From positions 7,360 through 32,245 of the forward strand of contig CAYWJO010000014.1 in the NCBI GenBank assembly GCA_964458565.1: a stretch of 24,886 bases of DNA. Direction: 5' to 3'. Both the position numbers and the translations under genes were made by a program. Shown piece after piece: positions 1-9,427 of this stretch. The stretch's first letter is position 1; each line of letters starts with the position of its first letter. The stretch comes from an uncultured archaeon (lineage in GTDB: Archaea > Asgardarchaeota > Thorarchaeia > Thorarchaeales > Thorarchaeaceae). Below the pieces are notes generated by a model that had not been told where the DNA came from, ran no database searches, and saw nothing but the letters and a program-made list of their open reading frames with translations.

Positions 1-743
1 CACCAGAAATCAGATTCCTCAGGGATACTCAAACAATTTACCAAGCCTCGACCAGCATCCCGTGCGGTGTTGAGTTCTATACAAGTATCAAGAGGTTGAT
101 GAAACATAATCGGATCCATTAATTCGGTTGCATCAGGTACAGAAATGTAGGTTTGCCTCAAAGAGACCCAATACTTGAGCCCGGAATCTATGACAGCACG
201 CTCCCCACGAATCTTGTGAGTTGCATAAAAATCAAAGATACTAGGTTTCAATGGATCACCAACTCGACCCATATGAATTTCTCGAAGTCTATCGCCAGTC
301 TGTGCTACACTTCCAGTATACACAAATTTGATGTGATTTTCTCCATTCACTTGATAAATTGCTTTCACAATATTTTCAATTGCTGTTGTATTAACTGCTT
401 CAGACATTTTGGGATTGCGATCCGCTGCTGGTGAGATGTATGCCATGGGGCACAGAATCCAATCAACCCCATCAATAACATCCACTAGGTCTTGATAATT
501 CGTCGCATCGCCCCACAATATTTTAAGGCCTTCACCCTCGAAAATGCGTCTACTGGATGATTGTGTTGCAGGGCATTCATCCTGAAAGGGTTTGAACAGT
601 CTTCTATTCTTTTTTAACGGACGCTGCAAAATACTGATATGATACTTAATCTCGTCATTATTCTTCCTTCGAAACCAAAGCTCTTTGAACGCCTCAAAAC
701 CCATGGAACCTGATGCACCAAATAGCAGAACTCTCTCTTGCAA
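1..743 (-). CDS. NAD-dependent epimerase/dehydratase (extended SDR); 3' end runs off the window edge
   Basis: Absent from the ORF track and translated by hand from TTG at 743: MQERVLLFGASGSMGFEAFKELW...LWGDATNYQDL...FVYTGSVAQTGD...FDFYATHKIRGE...WVSLRQT. It has a GxxGxxG Rossmann motif and a YxxxK catalytic motif, and the frame is open to position 1. Confidence 0.9.
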   Translation of the reverse strand, partial: MQERVLLFGASGSMGFEAFKELWFRRKNNDEIKYHISILQRPLKKNRRLFKPFQDECPATQSSSRRIFEGEGLKILWGDATNYQDLVDVIDGVDWILCPMAYISPAADRNPKMSEAVNTTAIENIVKAIYQVNGENHIKFVYTGSVAQTGDRLREIHMGRVGDPLKPSIFDFYATHKIRGERAVIDSGLKYWVSLRQTYISVPDATELMDPIMFHQPLDTCIELNTARDAGRGLVNCLSIPEESDFW

Positions 744-836
744 AAATTATCACAGATACCCCGATTCATCCAGACATATAGACTATTCTTAGTTATCCTA
801 TCTCTATCATGCTTCAGACAAGTACCAAATTCAGAA

Positions 837-2006
837 TCAGAAGATGGAACCCCAAAGCGGAGGAATACATAGTGCAAGTATAATCATTGCCAATATGAAT
901 ACAACGACTCTTGATTTTGAAACAGGCACAGTGTCGTTTAGTGGACCAGGATGTGCGCCTCCTTGTGAGATAAGCAAGATTAGAATTGCCATCATGAAGT
1001 ATCCAGTGATGAACATGATTCCTAATGCAACCCACCCTATTATTTTGTGCTTATCTGAGTCAACAATCGATCTTAAAGCATGTCCACCATCAAGTTGACT
1101 GATTGGAAATAGATTCAATGCAGTGATTAGCATTCCAACCCAAGCCGCAAAGGCAACAGGGTGAAGATATATCGTGCCACCGTCAGGAATACTACCCGCA
1201 AACAGCATTTCCACAAGTACAAAGAGATATGGTACATCAATTGACCCAGTCATATCAGGGTAAGCTACTTCGATAGCTCCTATCTGCTCCGGTGTAACAG
1301 GGACAGATAGAAAGAATCCAATAAATAGTACCACAAGCGTAACTGCAAAACCTGCCATTGGCCCCATAATTCCAAGATCGAATAGTTCTTTCCGACTCTG
1401 TGGAGGACTTTTCTGTTGAATGAATGCACCGAATGTTCCTCCTAACTGAGGTAGTCCAGGTATGAAGTATGGAGGTGTTGCATCAATCCCCCGTTTCTTT
1501 GCAGTTAGGTAGTGACCCATCTCATGTGTAAAAATAATGCCCATTAATGATGCCATGAATGTGATAACAACGAACGCTATATCCCACATAGTCCATCCAT
1601 TAGGATAGAATAATGTGAGGAAAACTGGACTTGTAGCTTGGAGAAATCCAGCTAATGCCATGGTGGCGAGTGTTGCTATGAAGAGCGCATAGTTGATTGT
1701 GACATCAGATTTTGGCGATTCTTGAATTGGGACAAATCTAAGAAAATAGATTCCTTTCGTTTTATCAGTCCATCTAACAAACGCCCAAACTCGGAGGTGT
1801 TCTGCTCGTTCACGCATCAACTTGAAAATCCGGTCTTGTTCACTAGCGTCAGGTACTTGACCTCCAGGCCACTGAAACGTGAAAGTTGGCATTCCAAATT
1901 CCATTGAATACGAAAGAACCTCAAAGTATGAATTCAGTATATCATTTAATTCAGTAAATGTCGGATAGGCAATTACACTTGATTGATATTCATCATCGAA
2001 AGCCAC
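837..2006 (-). CDS. Site-2 protease family (M50) intramembrane zinc metalloprotease, EGY-like subgroup
   Basis: HEMGH zinc motif, PYFIP...GTFGAFI, LFDLGIMGP, LNLFPISQLDGGH (NPDG-type motif), several TM segments and an N-terminal soluble domain of about 100 aa. Confidence 0.93.
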   Translation of the reverse strand: MAFDDEYQSSVIAYPTFTELNDILNSYFEVLSYSMEFGMPTFTFQWPGGQVPDASEQDRIFKLMRERAEHLRVWAFVRWTDKTKGIYFLRFVPIQESPKSDVTINYALFIATLATMALAGFLQATSPVFLTLFYPNGWTMWDIAFVVITFMASLMGIIFTHEMGHYLTAKKRGIDATPPYFIPGLPQLGGTFGAFIQQKSPPQSRKELFDLGIMGPMAGFAVTLVVLFIGFFLSVPVTPEQIGAIEVAYPDMTGSIDVPYLFVLVEMLFAGSIPDGGTIYLHPVAFAAWVGMLITALNLFPISQLDGGHALRSIVDSDKHKIIGWVALGIMFITGYFMMAILILLISQGGAHPGPLNDTVPVSKSRVVVFILAMIILALCIPPLWGSIF

Positions 2007-2106
2007 TATCTATTGCGCTCCAAGTCTCAAACTAAAGCTGCAAAGAAATATTTGCCTATAAGGGCTATGTCTTGGGCACTTCTAGATACAAACTCGATAG
2101 TATCCA

Positions 2107-4023
2107 TTAATCAATTTCAAAATTCGATGCAAAGAGAAAAGCCTCATGTACGGCTTCCAAGAGATTCATAGAAGTCTTGATTGAGCCAATCCTGTGGACA
2201 TTGAAACCCATAGACTGTAGATTCGTGAATAATAGATTATTTACACTTGGTGAAGTCGCTAAAACTACCGTATCAGTAGCATGTAATGCTGTCGAACCAT
2301 CCTCTTCTATAATCAGATAGTCTCGTGTGATGTCACCAACATACGTCTTGAGATGAATTTTGATACCACGCTCTCGCAGGCCTTTCAATATCACCCAACG
2401 CGTTGTTCTCCCAAGACCTCTACCTAATTTATCACCTTTCTCAAAAACATCTACAGAGTCTGTTTTCGTACTGAGATACAGAGCTGTATAGCAACCCAAC
2501 GCAGAACCACCAATAATTGAAACCCGCCCGATTTCCTCTGCATCTAGATTCATGATGTCATATGCTGTCGTAACATGTGGATGTTCCACACCATCAATTG
2601 AGGGGGCGCTTGGTAGTGTTCCTGTAGCACAAATCACCGAGTCATAATTCTCACTCTTTATCATGTCGACTGTCGCACGGGTATTTAATTTCAGAACAAC
2701 TCCTAACCGCTTTACTTCCTGCCACATATAACTAATATACGCGGCAAATTCCCCTCGTCCTGGAACACGTGCTGCAAGTCTTAGCATCCCACCTGGTTGC
2801 TCATGTTTCTCAAATAATGTAACTTGGAATCCCCTTAATCGAAGAACTCTACTCGCTTCAAGACCCATTGCTCCTGCTCCAACGATAGCAATTCTACCAT
2901 CTGATTGTACTCCTATGTTTCGCTCAGTTTCATAACCAGCAAGAGCATTAATGGCACATATTACAGGTTCAAAATCGAATACCTTATCGAGACATCCCAA
3001 ATTACACCCTATGCATGGCCGTATTTCTGAGGTTTTGTTTACTCGAACCTTCTCTAGGAATGCTGGATCTGCAATGAAACCACGAGACATTCCGATTAGT
3101 TGAACTCTTCCACGACTAAGGATACGCTCTGCAATAGAAGGCCCATTGATACGATTGCAGGCAATTACAGGTTGCTTTACCACATCAGCTATTCCTTCAG
3201 CTAAATAGCTGTAATGACCTCTTGGAACGTCCATTGTGATTTGAGGGATTTTAGTCTCATGCCATCCACCGGTCACATTGAAACAATCAACACCCGCTTC
3301 AGACAGCCATTGTACAAGTAGCTTATTATCTCGTAGCTTTAAACCATCTTCAACAAAATCTTCCCCACCGATCCGGTAGATTACTGGACCTTGATTTCCA
3401 AAGAATTTCTTAACTGTCTTTACAATTTTAGTTGGAAACTTAGATCTGGATTCAAGGTTTCCCCCATATTCATCCAATCGTTGGTTCGTACAAGGTGCAA
3501 GAAACTGATTGATGATGTATCCTGCTGAGCCAAGAATTTCGACAGCATCAAATCCCGCTTTTTTAGCTCTCTCAGCTGCGAAACCAAAATTCTCGACTGT
3601 CGATTCAATCTCTTCGATTGAGAGTTCTCTAGGAGTTTCTCTTGTTAAACGGCAAAATATGGGTGAAGCTGAAACAGCCTTTTCACCTAACACAAGCGAG
3701 TGTGCGTATCTACCAGCGTGATATAGTTGAGCGGCAACAGGAACATCATATTCGTGTATGGCATCAACGAGTATAGAGAGACCTGCAATGTAGTCATCTG
3801 AACTAAGTCCAATCATCATAGGACTACTCATACCAAGGTGTTCAGTATAACATCCACCCACAATAATTAGACCTGGTTTCGACGCCTTGGCACGCTCGGA
3901 ATAGAACCTAATTAGCTGTTCTGTAACTTTTCCTTCTTTACAGTATCCAAGGTGTGTTGCTAAAAATACTACTCTATTTGATAATTCTAAAGACCCAATG
4001 GAGGTGGATTCCAATAGTCTCAT
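2107..4023 (-). CDS. fadH: FadH-like 2,4-dienoyl-CoA reductase / NADH:flavin oxidoreductase (OYE barrel + [4Fe-4S] + FAD/NAD(P)H domains)
   Basis: QLYHAGRY, EILGSAGYIINQFL, GGWHE, CIGCNLGCLD-x9-C cluster motif, GAGAMGLE dinucleotide-binding fold and ATG motif. Confidence 0.85.
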   Translation of the reverse strand: MRLLESTSIGSLELSNRVVFLATHLGYCKEGKVTEQLIRFYSERAKASKPGLIIVGGCYTEHLGMSSPMMIGLSSDDYIAGLSILVDAIHEYDVPVAAQLYHAGRYAHSLVLGEKAVSASPIFCRLTRETPRELSIEEIESTVENFGFAAERAKKAGFDAVEILGSAGYIINQFLAPCTNQRLDEYGGNLESRSKFPTKIVKTVKKFFGNQGPVIYRIGGEDFVEDGLKLRDNKLLVQWLSEAGVDCFNVTGGWHETKIPQITMDVPRGHYSYLAEGIADVVKQPVIACNRINGPSIAERILSRGRVQLIGMSRGFIADPAFLEKVRVNKTSEIRPCIGCNLGCLDKVFDFEPVICAINALAGYETERNIGVQSDGRIAIVGAGAMGLEASRVLRLRGFQVTLFEKHEQPGGMLRLAARVPGRGEFAAYISYMWQEVKRLGVVLKLNTRATVDMIKSENYDSVICATGTLPSAPSIDGVEHPHVTTAYDIMNLDAEEIGRVSIIGGSALGCYTALYLSTKTDSVDVFEKGDKLGRGLGRTTRWVILKGLRERGIKIHLKTYVGDITRDYLIIEEDGSTALHATDTVVLATSPSVNNLLFTNLQSMGFNVHRIGSIKTSMNLLEAVHEAFLFASNFEID

Positions 4024-4139
4024 TAAATCACAATGTCCTATCTACCATACTCTCTGATATATCTGTTCAGTGAAAACCTGGCTACCGAATTCTTTATTCC
4101 TCCATGCAGAACGGTACAGTATCTTTCAGAGTGGTTTCA

Positions 4140-4730
4140 ATGACTCAAGAAAACAACAGGGTGATGTATGCAGTACTGGCACTTGTGATTATCACCTCTG
4201 CAAGTTCCCTAATTGTACTGATGACTCTTAATGGTGAGGAGAGTCCGTCAATCATGCTGGTGAATCGTGACGGATTAGTACGGACTGTATACCTTAATCA
4301 ACTCATAGACGACCCGGATGCAGTGATGGGAGAAGCGGGATTTGAAAATCGGTTAAACAATACAAAAGCATTTGGTCTTTACGAAGGTATTAGAATCTCA
4401 GATTTGATTGATTACGCTGGGATCATGCATGAGACTGATGTCTTAGTTGTTGAGGCAGCTGATGGATACAAACAGAACTACACATACTCGAATGTGTATC
4501 CTAATTCGGAATATGGCGCTCTGCAGGGAACCATGATACTTGCATTCTCGTTAAATGAAACTCTGATTCCTGAGTATATTGACGGATTTCGGATTATGTT
4601 CCTAACAGATGATGGAATCTATGAGAATACAGATGCGGAAGCGACTACTCCATCGGAATATTACTTTGGCTCAGCTGGTTCAAGATGTATCAGCAATGTT
4701 ATCAGGATTACAATAGTCGCATCATCATAA
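4140..4730 (+). CDS. Membrane-anchored protein with a molybdopterin-oxidoreductase-like (sulfite oxidase/MsrP-type) fold segment; function unknown
   Basis: N-terminal TM helix (VMYAVLALVIITSASSLIVLMTL) followed by YEGIRISDLIDYAG...VVEAADGY...MILAFSLNE, resembling the Oxidored_molyb domain core. Start placed at ATG 4140; the ORF track gives 4104. Confidence 0.55.
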   Translation: MTQENNRVMYAVLALVIITSASSLIVLMTLNGEESPSIMLVNRDGLVRTVYLNQLIDDPDAVMGEAGFENRLNNTKAFGLYEGIRISDLIDYAGIMHETDVLVVEAADGYKQNYTYSNVYPNSEYGALQGTMILAFSLNETLIPEYIDGFRIMFLTDDGIYENTDAEATTPSEYYFGSAGSRCISNVIRITIVASS

Positions 4731-4832
4731 AATAAAATATTCTCCTTCTTGGACACATTTATATTCCACCACTTTCGCCGATGGGTTTAGTTTACAACAC
4801 TATGAACCTCACGTTGAGGAGAGGTGTAATCA

Positions 4833-5780
4833 ATGTCCATTCGTGAAGAGTTTAAAACTAGCTTCGAACACTGGCAAAACAACAAGATGGGTTTCATCTT
4901 CGAGATGATTCGTGCGATCATCGTCTTTATGCTACTCTATGCATTGATCTCATTTGCATATATGGCAATTTTTACAGCTGCACAAGAACACCTCAGACCT
5001 AAAGCTGTAGATTTTTGGACTGATTTGTTTCCAGACTTCTTTGCGGCATTTAGCACGGCATTTTCAATCCTTGGAGGTACTCCACAGGCTACCTTTGGAC
5101 TTATCCCACAGGAACTAATTCCATTAGTGAAGGACCCACATCTAACCACTGAATTCACCATGCTCTTCTTCTTTCTAGCGTTCCTAATAACAGCAGGCTT
5201 GTTTGGAATGGGGAAAGAAATAACAGAAACTGCAGGTACTTATGCAGATGGAGTCATCACATGGATCAGAAAGAAATTCTTTCCATTCCTTATTGGTGCA
5301 TGCTTGTATGTTCTCCTAGGTCTTCTACCAGCAGTAGGTCTTGGATTAGCTGTTTCAACAACATACGAATACACTATTCCTGCACCAATGAATGTGATCA
5401 CGCTCATACTGATGATAATGATAATGTTTTTTGCATGGGGAATGCTTTCGATGTACTTCCCAGCGGTAGCGAATGGTGAAGGTATGATTCCAAGCATTAA
5501 ACAAACATTCTCACTTACTCTTGATAATTTCATCAAGATATTTCGCGTATGGACAATATATTTCATCCTCATCATAATCTGGTTTATACCAATGGCAGTC
5601 TGGCAGAATCTCGAGGTTTCAATGACTACGACAGAACTTAGAGATATTGGTGGAATCTACACATTCTGCCTTGGCTGGAACTTCATCTATGGAGTTATAG
5701 TACTCTTCATCCTCGTCCCCATGATGACAACACACCTTTCAAGAGTTTACGCACAAATTACTGGGAAAGATGTGTACTAG
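4833..5780 (+). CDS. Hypothetical multi-pass membrane protein (about 6 TM)
   Basis: 315-aa ORF with repeated hydrophobic helices, and a GAGAGGTG RBS just before the ATG. Confidence 0.8.
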   Translation: MSIREEFKTSFEHWQNNKMGFIFEMIRAIIVFMLLYALISFAYMAIFTAAQEHLRPKAVDFWTDLFPDFFAAFSTAFSILGGTPQATFGLIPQELIPLVKDPHLTTEFTMLFFFLAFLITAGLFGMGKEITETAGTYADGVITWIRKKFFPFLIGACLYVLLGLLPAVGLGLAVSTTYEYTIPAPMNVITLILMIMIMFFAWGMLSMYFPAVANGEGMIPSIKQTFSLTLDNFIKIFRVWTIYFILIIIWFIPMAVWQNLEVSMTTTELRDIGGIYTFCLGWNFIYGVIVLFILVPMMTTHLSRVYAQITGKDVY

Positions 5781-5829
5781 AATCATCCTCAACCCCTTCA
5801 TAATTTCGTGAAGGGGAATGATTCTTTTT
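5779..5829. terminator. Hairpin between convergent genes; probable bidirectional terminator
   Basis: Inner stem CCCCTTCA (5793-5800) / TGAAGGGG (5809-5816), outer arms AGAATCAT (5779-5786) / ATGATTCT (5818-5825), followed by a T run. Confidence 0.6.
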
Positions 5830-5844
5830 CGACATACTATTTCC

Positions 5845-7521
5845 TTAAATTAGAATCAGCGGGATGAAAGCATATGCCCACAGAAATGTCAATATCGCAA
5901 CAAACAGAGTAATCAAAATTGCAATTACTGCACCATACCTCAGGACCTCTCCTTCTATTCCAATCTCGTCAATGACAGCTGCCGCATTCTGTATTTTTGC
6001 TGGACTAAGAACACTTGCAAGTCCTCCTCCGATTCCATTTGATGCTGAGACAACAATTGGATTTGCACCGATAATTACACTCGTCTGATAGTTGTAACCT
6101 GTAAACATAGCAATTGTTGAAGTTTCCGAGCCGGATACAAATCCACCTAGGAGTCCTACGAATGCAGCAATCAAGGGGTAAAGCTGTCCTAGCGTTTGAG
6201 ATGTGACTGAAGCAAGTAAGAAAATCATATTATTCGTCGGATCATAGGGAAACGCCCAATTTCCTAATGGGTCAATATAGTATCCACTGCGTGTCATTAC
6301 TTCAGCCATTGCAAAAAATATTGCTGCAGCAAGAACTGGTCTAGGTGCTCTTGACTTGAATTTTCGAAAAGTGTTCTTCAGAGTTACTCGATCATGACGC
6401 AGAAATGGGATTGAAACAAGAGTTGCAATTAACATGAGTGTATAGGCTTGCCACATGAAATGAGTGTGGATGCCATTAATCCCCAAAGTAGAATCATAAT
6501 ATGGAGTTTTTATTGCATTGTCAGGCCAAACAGGGATTACAAAATCAAGAGTATCAAAAAGAAAAACACGAATGAATTCAACAAGTGTAGCAGCAAGACA
6601 AAGAACAACTAGTATAATCCATGGAATGCTTGCTTTTTTCAGACCCATTTGACCTTCAATTCGCTTATCATATTCAGTTAGTTTTTCACGATTTATCAAT
6701 GGTCTTCCTTTCGCTTTTGTGTATCCGATTAGGACCAGAATCACAGCAGCACCTGCAAATACATTTGTCAACACAGTAGCTGTTGGAAACAGAGAAGCAA
6801 CCACGGAGGAATTCGTGATAATAGCAACCACTCCTGCAGTAATCCCACTCAATGCAGCAAGTCCAAGACCTTCTCTACTAAAGAGTAGTTCTCGACCTCC
6901 AGCAATCCATAGCATACCAATCGCGATGAGTGATGTTATAATTGGCATATACATTGAAAATATTCCACCTGCATACCAAAGTTCCAGAGGAGAACCCGAA
7001 ACTCCAGAATACACATCTGTGAAGACTTGTACAGGCACTCCAAGTAATGCGAATGTAGTTAAAGGGTCATAACCAATAGCGGGAAGTGCCACTGCTACTA
7101 AAGGTGAAAAACCTAAAGCGAGCATGACAGGAGGAAGCATTGAAACTGGAGTTGCTCCTATACCAACAAGGAATGTTCCTAGTCCAAGACTAATCAGCAT
7201 TATCTGTAGAGGTTTACTCCCACCTCCGAGTGTTTTAAAGAATACAATCATTCGACCAAGTGCACCTGACTCCTGCATGTATGTCATCATGAGGATAGAT
7301 GTTGCAACCATCAATGAGATAGGAAATGACTTGATAATGCCTACCACACTAGCAACAAGCGAAATCATGATATCCGTTTGAAAGGCGAAAATGGCAAAAA
7401 CAAGAGTCAGCAACCAAACAACAATACCAGTTGTATCTGCTGCTTTCTTCAGCACAGCAAGCATCACAAACGCAACTGCAATAGGTGCGATAATTAGAAT
7501 AAGTCCAATTGTTGGATCCAC
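5845..7521 (-). CDS. lctP: L-lactate permease family (LctP) transporter
   Basis: 558 aa and highly hydrophobic. Motifs: YMQESGAL, LGFSPLVAV, YPLIAAFVGLLGGFVSGSETS, GGGLASVLSPAKIQNAAAV..IGIEGEVLR. GTG start. Confidence 0.82.
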   Translation of the reverse strand: MDPTIGLILIIAPIAVAFVMLAVLKKAADTTGIVVWLLTLVFAIFAFQTDIMISLVASVVGIIKSFPISLMVATSILMMTYMQESGALGRMIVFFKTLGGGSKPLQIMLISLGLGTFLVGIGATPVSMLPPVMLALGFSPLVAVALPAIGYDPLTTFALLGVPVQVFTDVYSGVSGSPLELWYAGGIFSMYMPIITSLIAIGMLWIAGGRELLFSREGLGLAALSGITAGVVAIITNSSVVASLFPTATVLTNVFAGAAVILVLIGYTKAKGRPLINREKLTEYDKRIEGQMGLKKASIPWIILVVLCLAATLVEFIRVFLFDTLDFVIPVWPDNAIKTPYYDSTLGINGIHTHFMWQAYTLMLIATLVSIPFLRHDRVTLKNTFRKFKSRAPRPVLAAAIFFAMAEVMTRSGYYIDPLGNWAFPYDPTNNMIFLLASVTSQTLGQLYPLIAAFVGLLGGFVSGSETSTIAMFTGYNYQTSVIIGANPIVVSASNGIGGGLASVLSPAKIQNAAAVIDEIGIEGEVLRYGAVIAILITLFVAILTFLWAYAFIPLILI

Positions 7522-7525
7522 TTCT

Positions 7526-8521
7526 TCATGACCTCCTTTTCAAATATCCTTGAGTATAAGCCCATTCGATAGCTCGTCCTAGACCTTCTCTCATTGTTAT
7601 TTTTGGTATCCACTTCAAGATTTCTTTGGCTTTCTTATTTGAATACCATCTCTCTTCTACTAACACTTGAATTGTTTGCATATGCCAAAGAAATGTGTTT
7701 CTCTTCCGATTCTTGTATAGACTCATCAGTCCTACACCAACCTTCGCTAGTATAGTTGGTACTCGGAATTTGGGTCCCTTGACTCCAAGACGATGAATAA
7801 GGAAATCAAGAAGTTCATTGTAACTCATAGGTTCGTCAGGACAAAGAATAATTGTATCGTTCAACGCTAGATCAGAATCAACTGCTTTGGAGAATCCATC
7901 TACAATATCATCAATATGAGCATACATGATATGTTTATCTCCAACTCGTGGGAAAGCAATGACCTCATCGTTATTCAATGCTTTTATCAATTCAAATGCA
8001 CTGTATAAATCACCCTCACCCATTACGCCAGTTGGTCTAAGAATTACATGAGGTAAACCTGATTCAGCTGAAATCTCACGGATCCTATCCTCTGCTATAA
8101 CTTTGCTCTTGCTATAATCAAACGCTGGATTAAGTTCTGTATTTTCATCACCCGGGGGATATTTGACCGAACCTATCGTTTCAGTCGTTGAACAATATAT
8201 GAAGCGCGTTACATTAGTACCAACACAGGCTTTCATCAAATTCGTAGTGCCTTCGATATTTACCGCGTACAATAGATCCTTGTCCGAGGGATAGAAATCA
8301 AAATAAGCTGCAAGATGGATTACCGCTTCAGCTTCATTCACACAGCTTCCAAGACTTTCTGAATCTAAGAGATTAGCAGTTACGCATTCTATACCTTCTG
8401 GGAGAACACTCGTGTTGGTTGATTCCCGAACCAGAGCTGCAACTTCATGCCCATCATCAATCAATCTTTGAACTAGCTTAAGTCCAATGAAACCTGTTGC
8501 TCCGGTCATAAGAATTCTCAT
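7526..8521 (-). CDS. NAD-dependent epimerase/dehydratase (extended SDR, 3-beta-HSD-like)
   Basis: MRILMTGATGFIG, VIHLAA, YCST, YSKSK (YxxxK), ILRPTGVMG. Start placed at ATG 8521; the ORF track gives 8557. Confidence 0.92.
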   Translation of the reverse strand: MRILMTGATGFIGLKLVQRLIDDGHEVAALVRESTNTSVLPEGIECVTANLLDSESLGSCVNEAEAVIHLAAYFDFYPSDKDLLYAVNIEGTTNLMKACVGTNVTRFIYCSTTETIGSVKYPPGDENTELNPAFDYSKSKVIAEDRIREISAESGLPHVILRPTGVMGEGDLYSAFELIKALNNDEVIAFPRVGDKHIMYAHIDDIVDGFSKAVDSDLALNDTIILCPDEPMSYNELLDFLIHRLGVKGPKFRVPTILAKVGVGLMSLYKNRKRNTFLWHMQTIQVLVEERWYSNKKAKEILKWIPKITMREGLGRAIEWAYTQGYLKRRS

Positions 8522-8580
8522 GCATCCATTCCTGATGATTTGATTTTTTCCCACCATTTATTTCTTATTACCAAATCTGA

Positions 8581-9318
8581 CTACTTGGGTAAAGCCTCAT
8601 CAATCTGAGTTAAAATCGCGCCAGCTCGTCCACTTAGATGATAATCCACGTATTCAGTAAGAAGTGTACTCTCAATATTGATTTCAATAAGAATTCCATC
8701 ATTATTTTTCACAACATATGGGAATGATGCTGCAGGCTGCACGAGACCGGAAGTGCCAATGATTAGACAGGTGTCTGCAACAGCTAGTTCAGAATACACT
8801 TGATTTATGATAATGTTATCCAAACTCTCTCCGAACCATACAACATCGGGTCTAAGATTATGATTGCAGTTTGGACAATGAAGGATTCCATTCGCAGGTT
8901 CTGAAAGACGAGATCTGTATTCACATTGTGTACACTTCACAGTCCATATATCTCCATGAACCTCAAGGATTTTTTCAGACCCAGCTCTGTGGTGTAGACC
9001 ATCAACGTTCTGAGTTATGATTCTCTTAAGGCGACCATCATTCTCCCACTTACTCAATATTAGGTGTGCAGAATTAGGTTCACATTTAGATATCAAATCC
9101 TGTCTCCAGGCATACCACTCCCATACCAACTTTGGATTTCTTGCAAAAGCAGATGGTGTCGCTAATTCCATAACATCATAATTTTTCCAGAGACCATCTT
9201 TTCCTCTGAATGTTGGTACATTTGATTCCTTTGATATTCCAGCTCCTGTGAGTGCAATCAGGTGTTTTGATGATGTAATTCGCTCTGCAACTAGTTCAAT
9301 TGTTTTCATCGTGTTCAT
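8581..9318 (-). CDS. cobB: NAD-dependent protein deacylase, sirtuin class III (CobB/NpdA-like)
   Basis: TGAGISKES, PTFRGKDGLW, WYAWR (YxxR), TQNVDGLH, HG, CTQC...CPNC zinc ribbon, LRPDVVWFGE, GTSGLVQPAA. Confidence 0.93.
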   Translation of the reverse strand: MNTMKTIELVAERITSSKHLIALTGAGISKESNVPTFRGKDGLWKNYDVMELATPSAFARNPKLVWEWYAWRQDLISKCEPNSAHLILSKWENDGRLKRIITQNVDGLHHRAGSEKILEVHGDIWTVKCTQCEYRSRLSEPANGILHCPNCNHNLRPDVVWFGESLDNIIINQVYSELAVADTCLIIGTSGLVQPAASFPYVVKNNDGILIEINIESTLLTEYVDYHLSGRAGAILTQIDEALPK

Positions 9319-9388
9319 ATTGCATCACATATTATGCCATTGTAGCTATGCTTATTAGTAGTCCACTGTTTAACAATTGTGATTTCAC

Positions 9389-9410
9389 TATAGTTTGTTA
9401 ACTATAAATA
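9389..9410 (+). promoter_or_regulatory. Inverted repeat TATAGTT-N4-AACTATA overlapping a TATA-like box (TATAAATA, 9403-9410) upstream of the HTH regulator
   Basis: Arms at 9389-9395 and 9400-9406. The TATA-like box begins 25 nt before ATG 9428, consistent with a short or leaderless archaeal transcript. It lies in the divergent cobB/regulator intergenic region. Confidence 0.5.
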
Positions 9411-9427
9411 TCTGAGGATGTTCAGTA

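Noticed and set aside
153-877. ORF-track entries 153..434(+) and 614..877(-)
   Set aside because: They are shadow or out-of-frame ORFs over the real SDR gene (1..743, minus strand), which has clear catalytic motifs.
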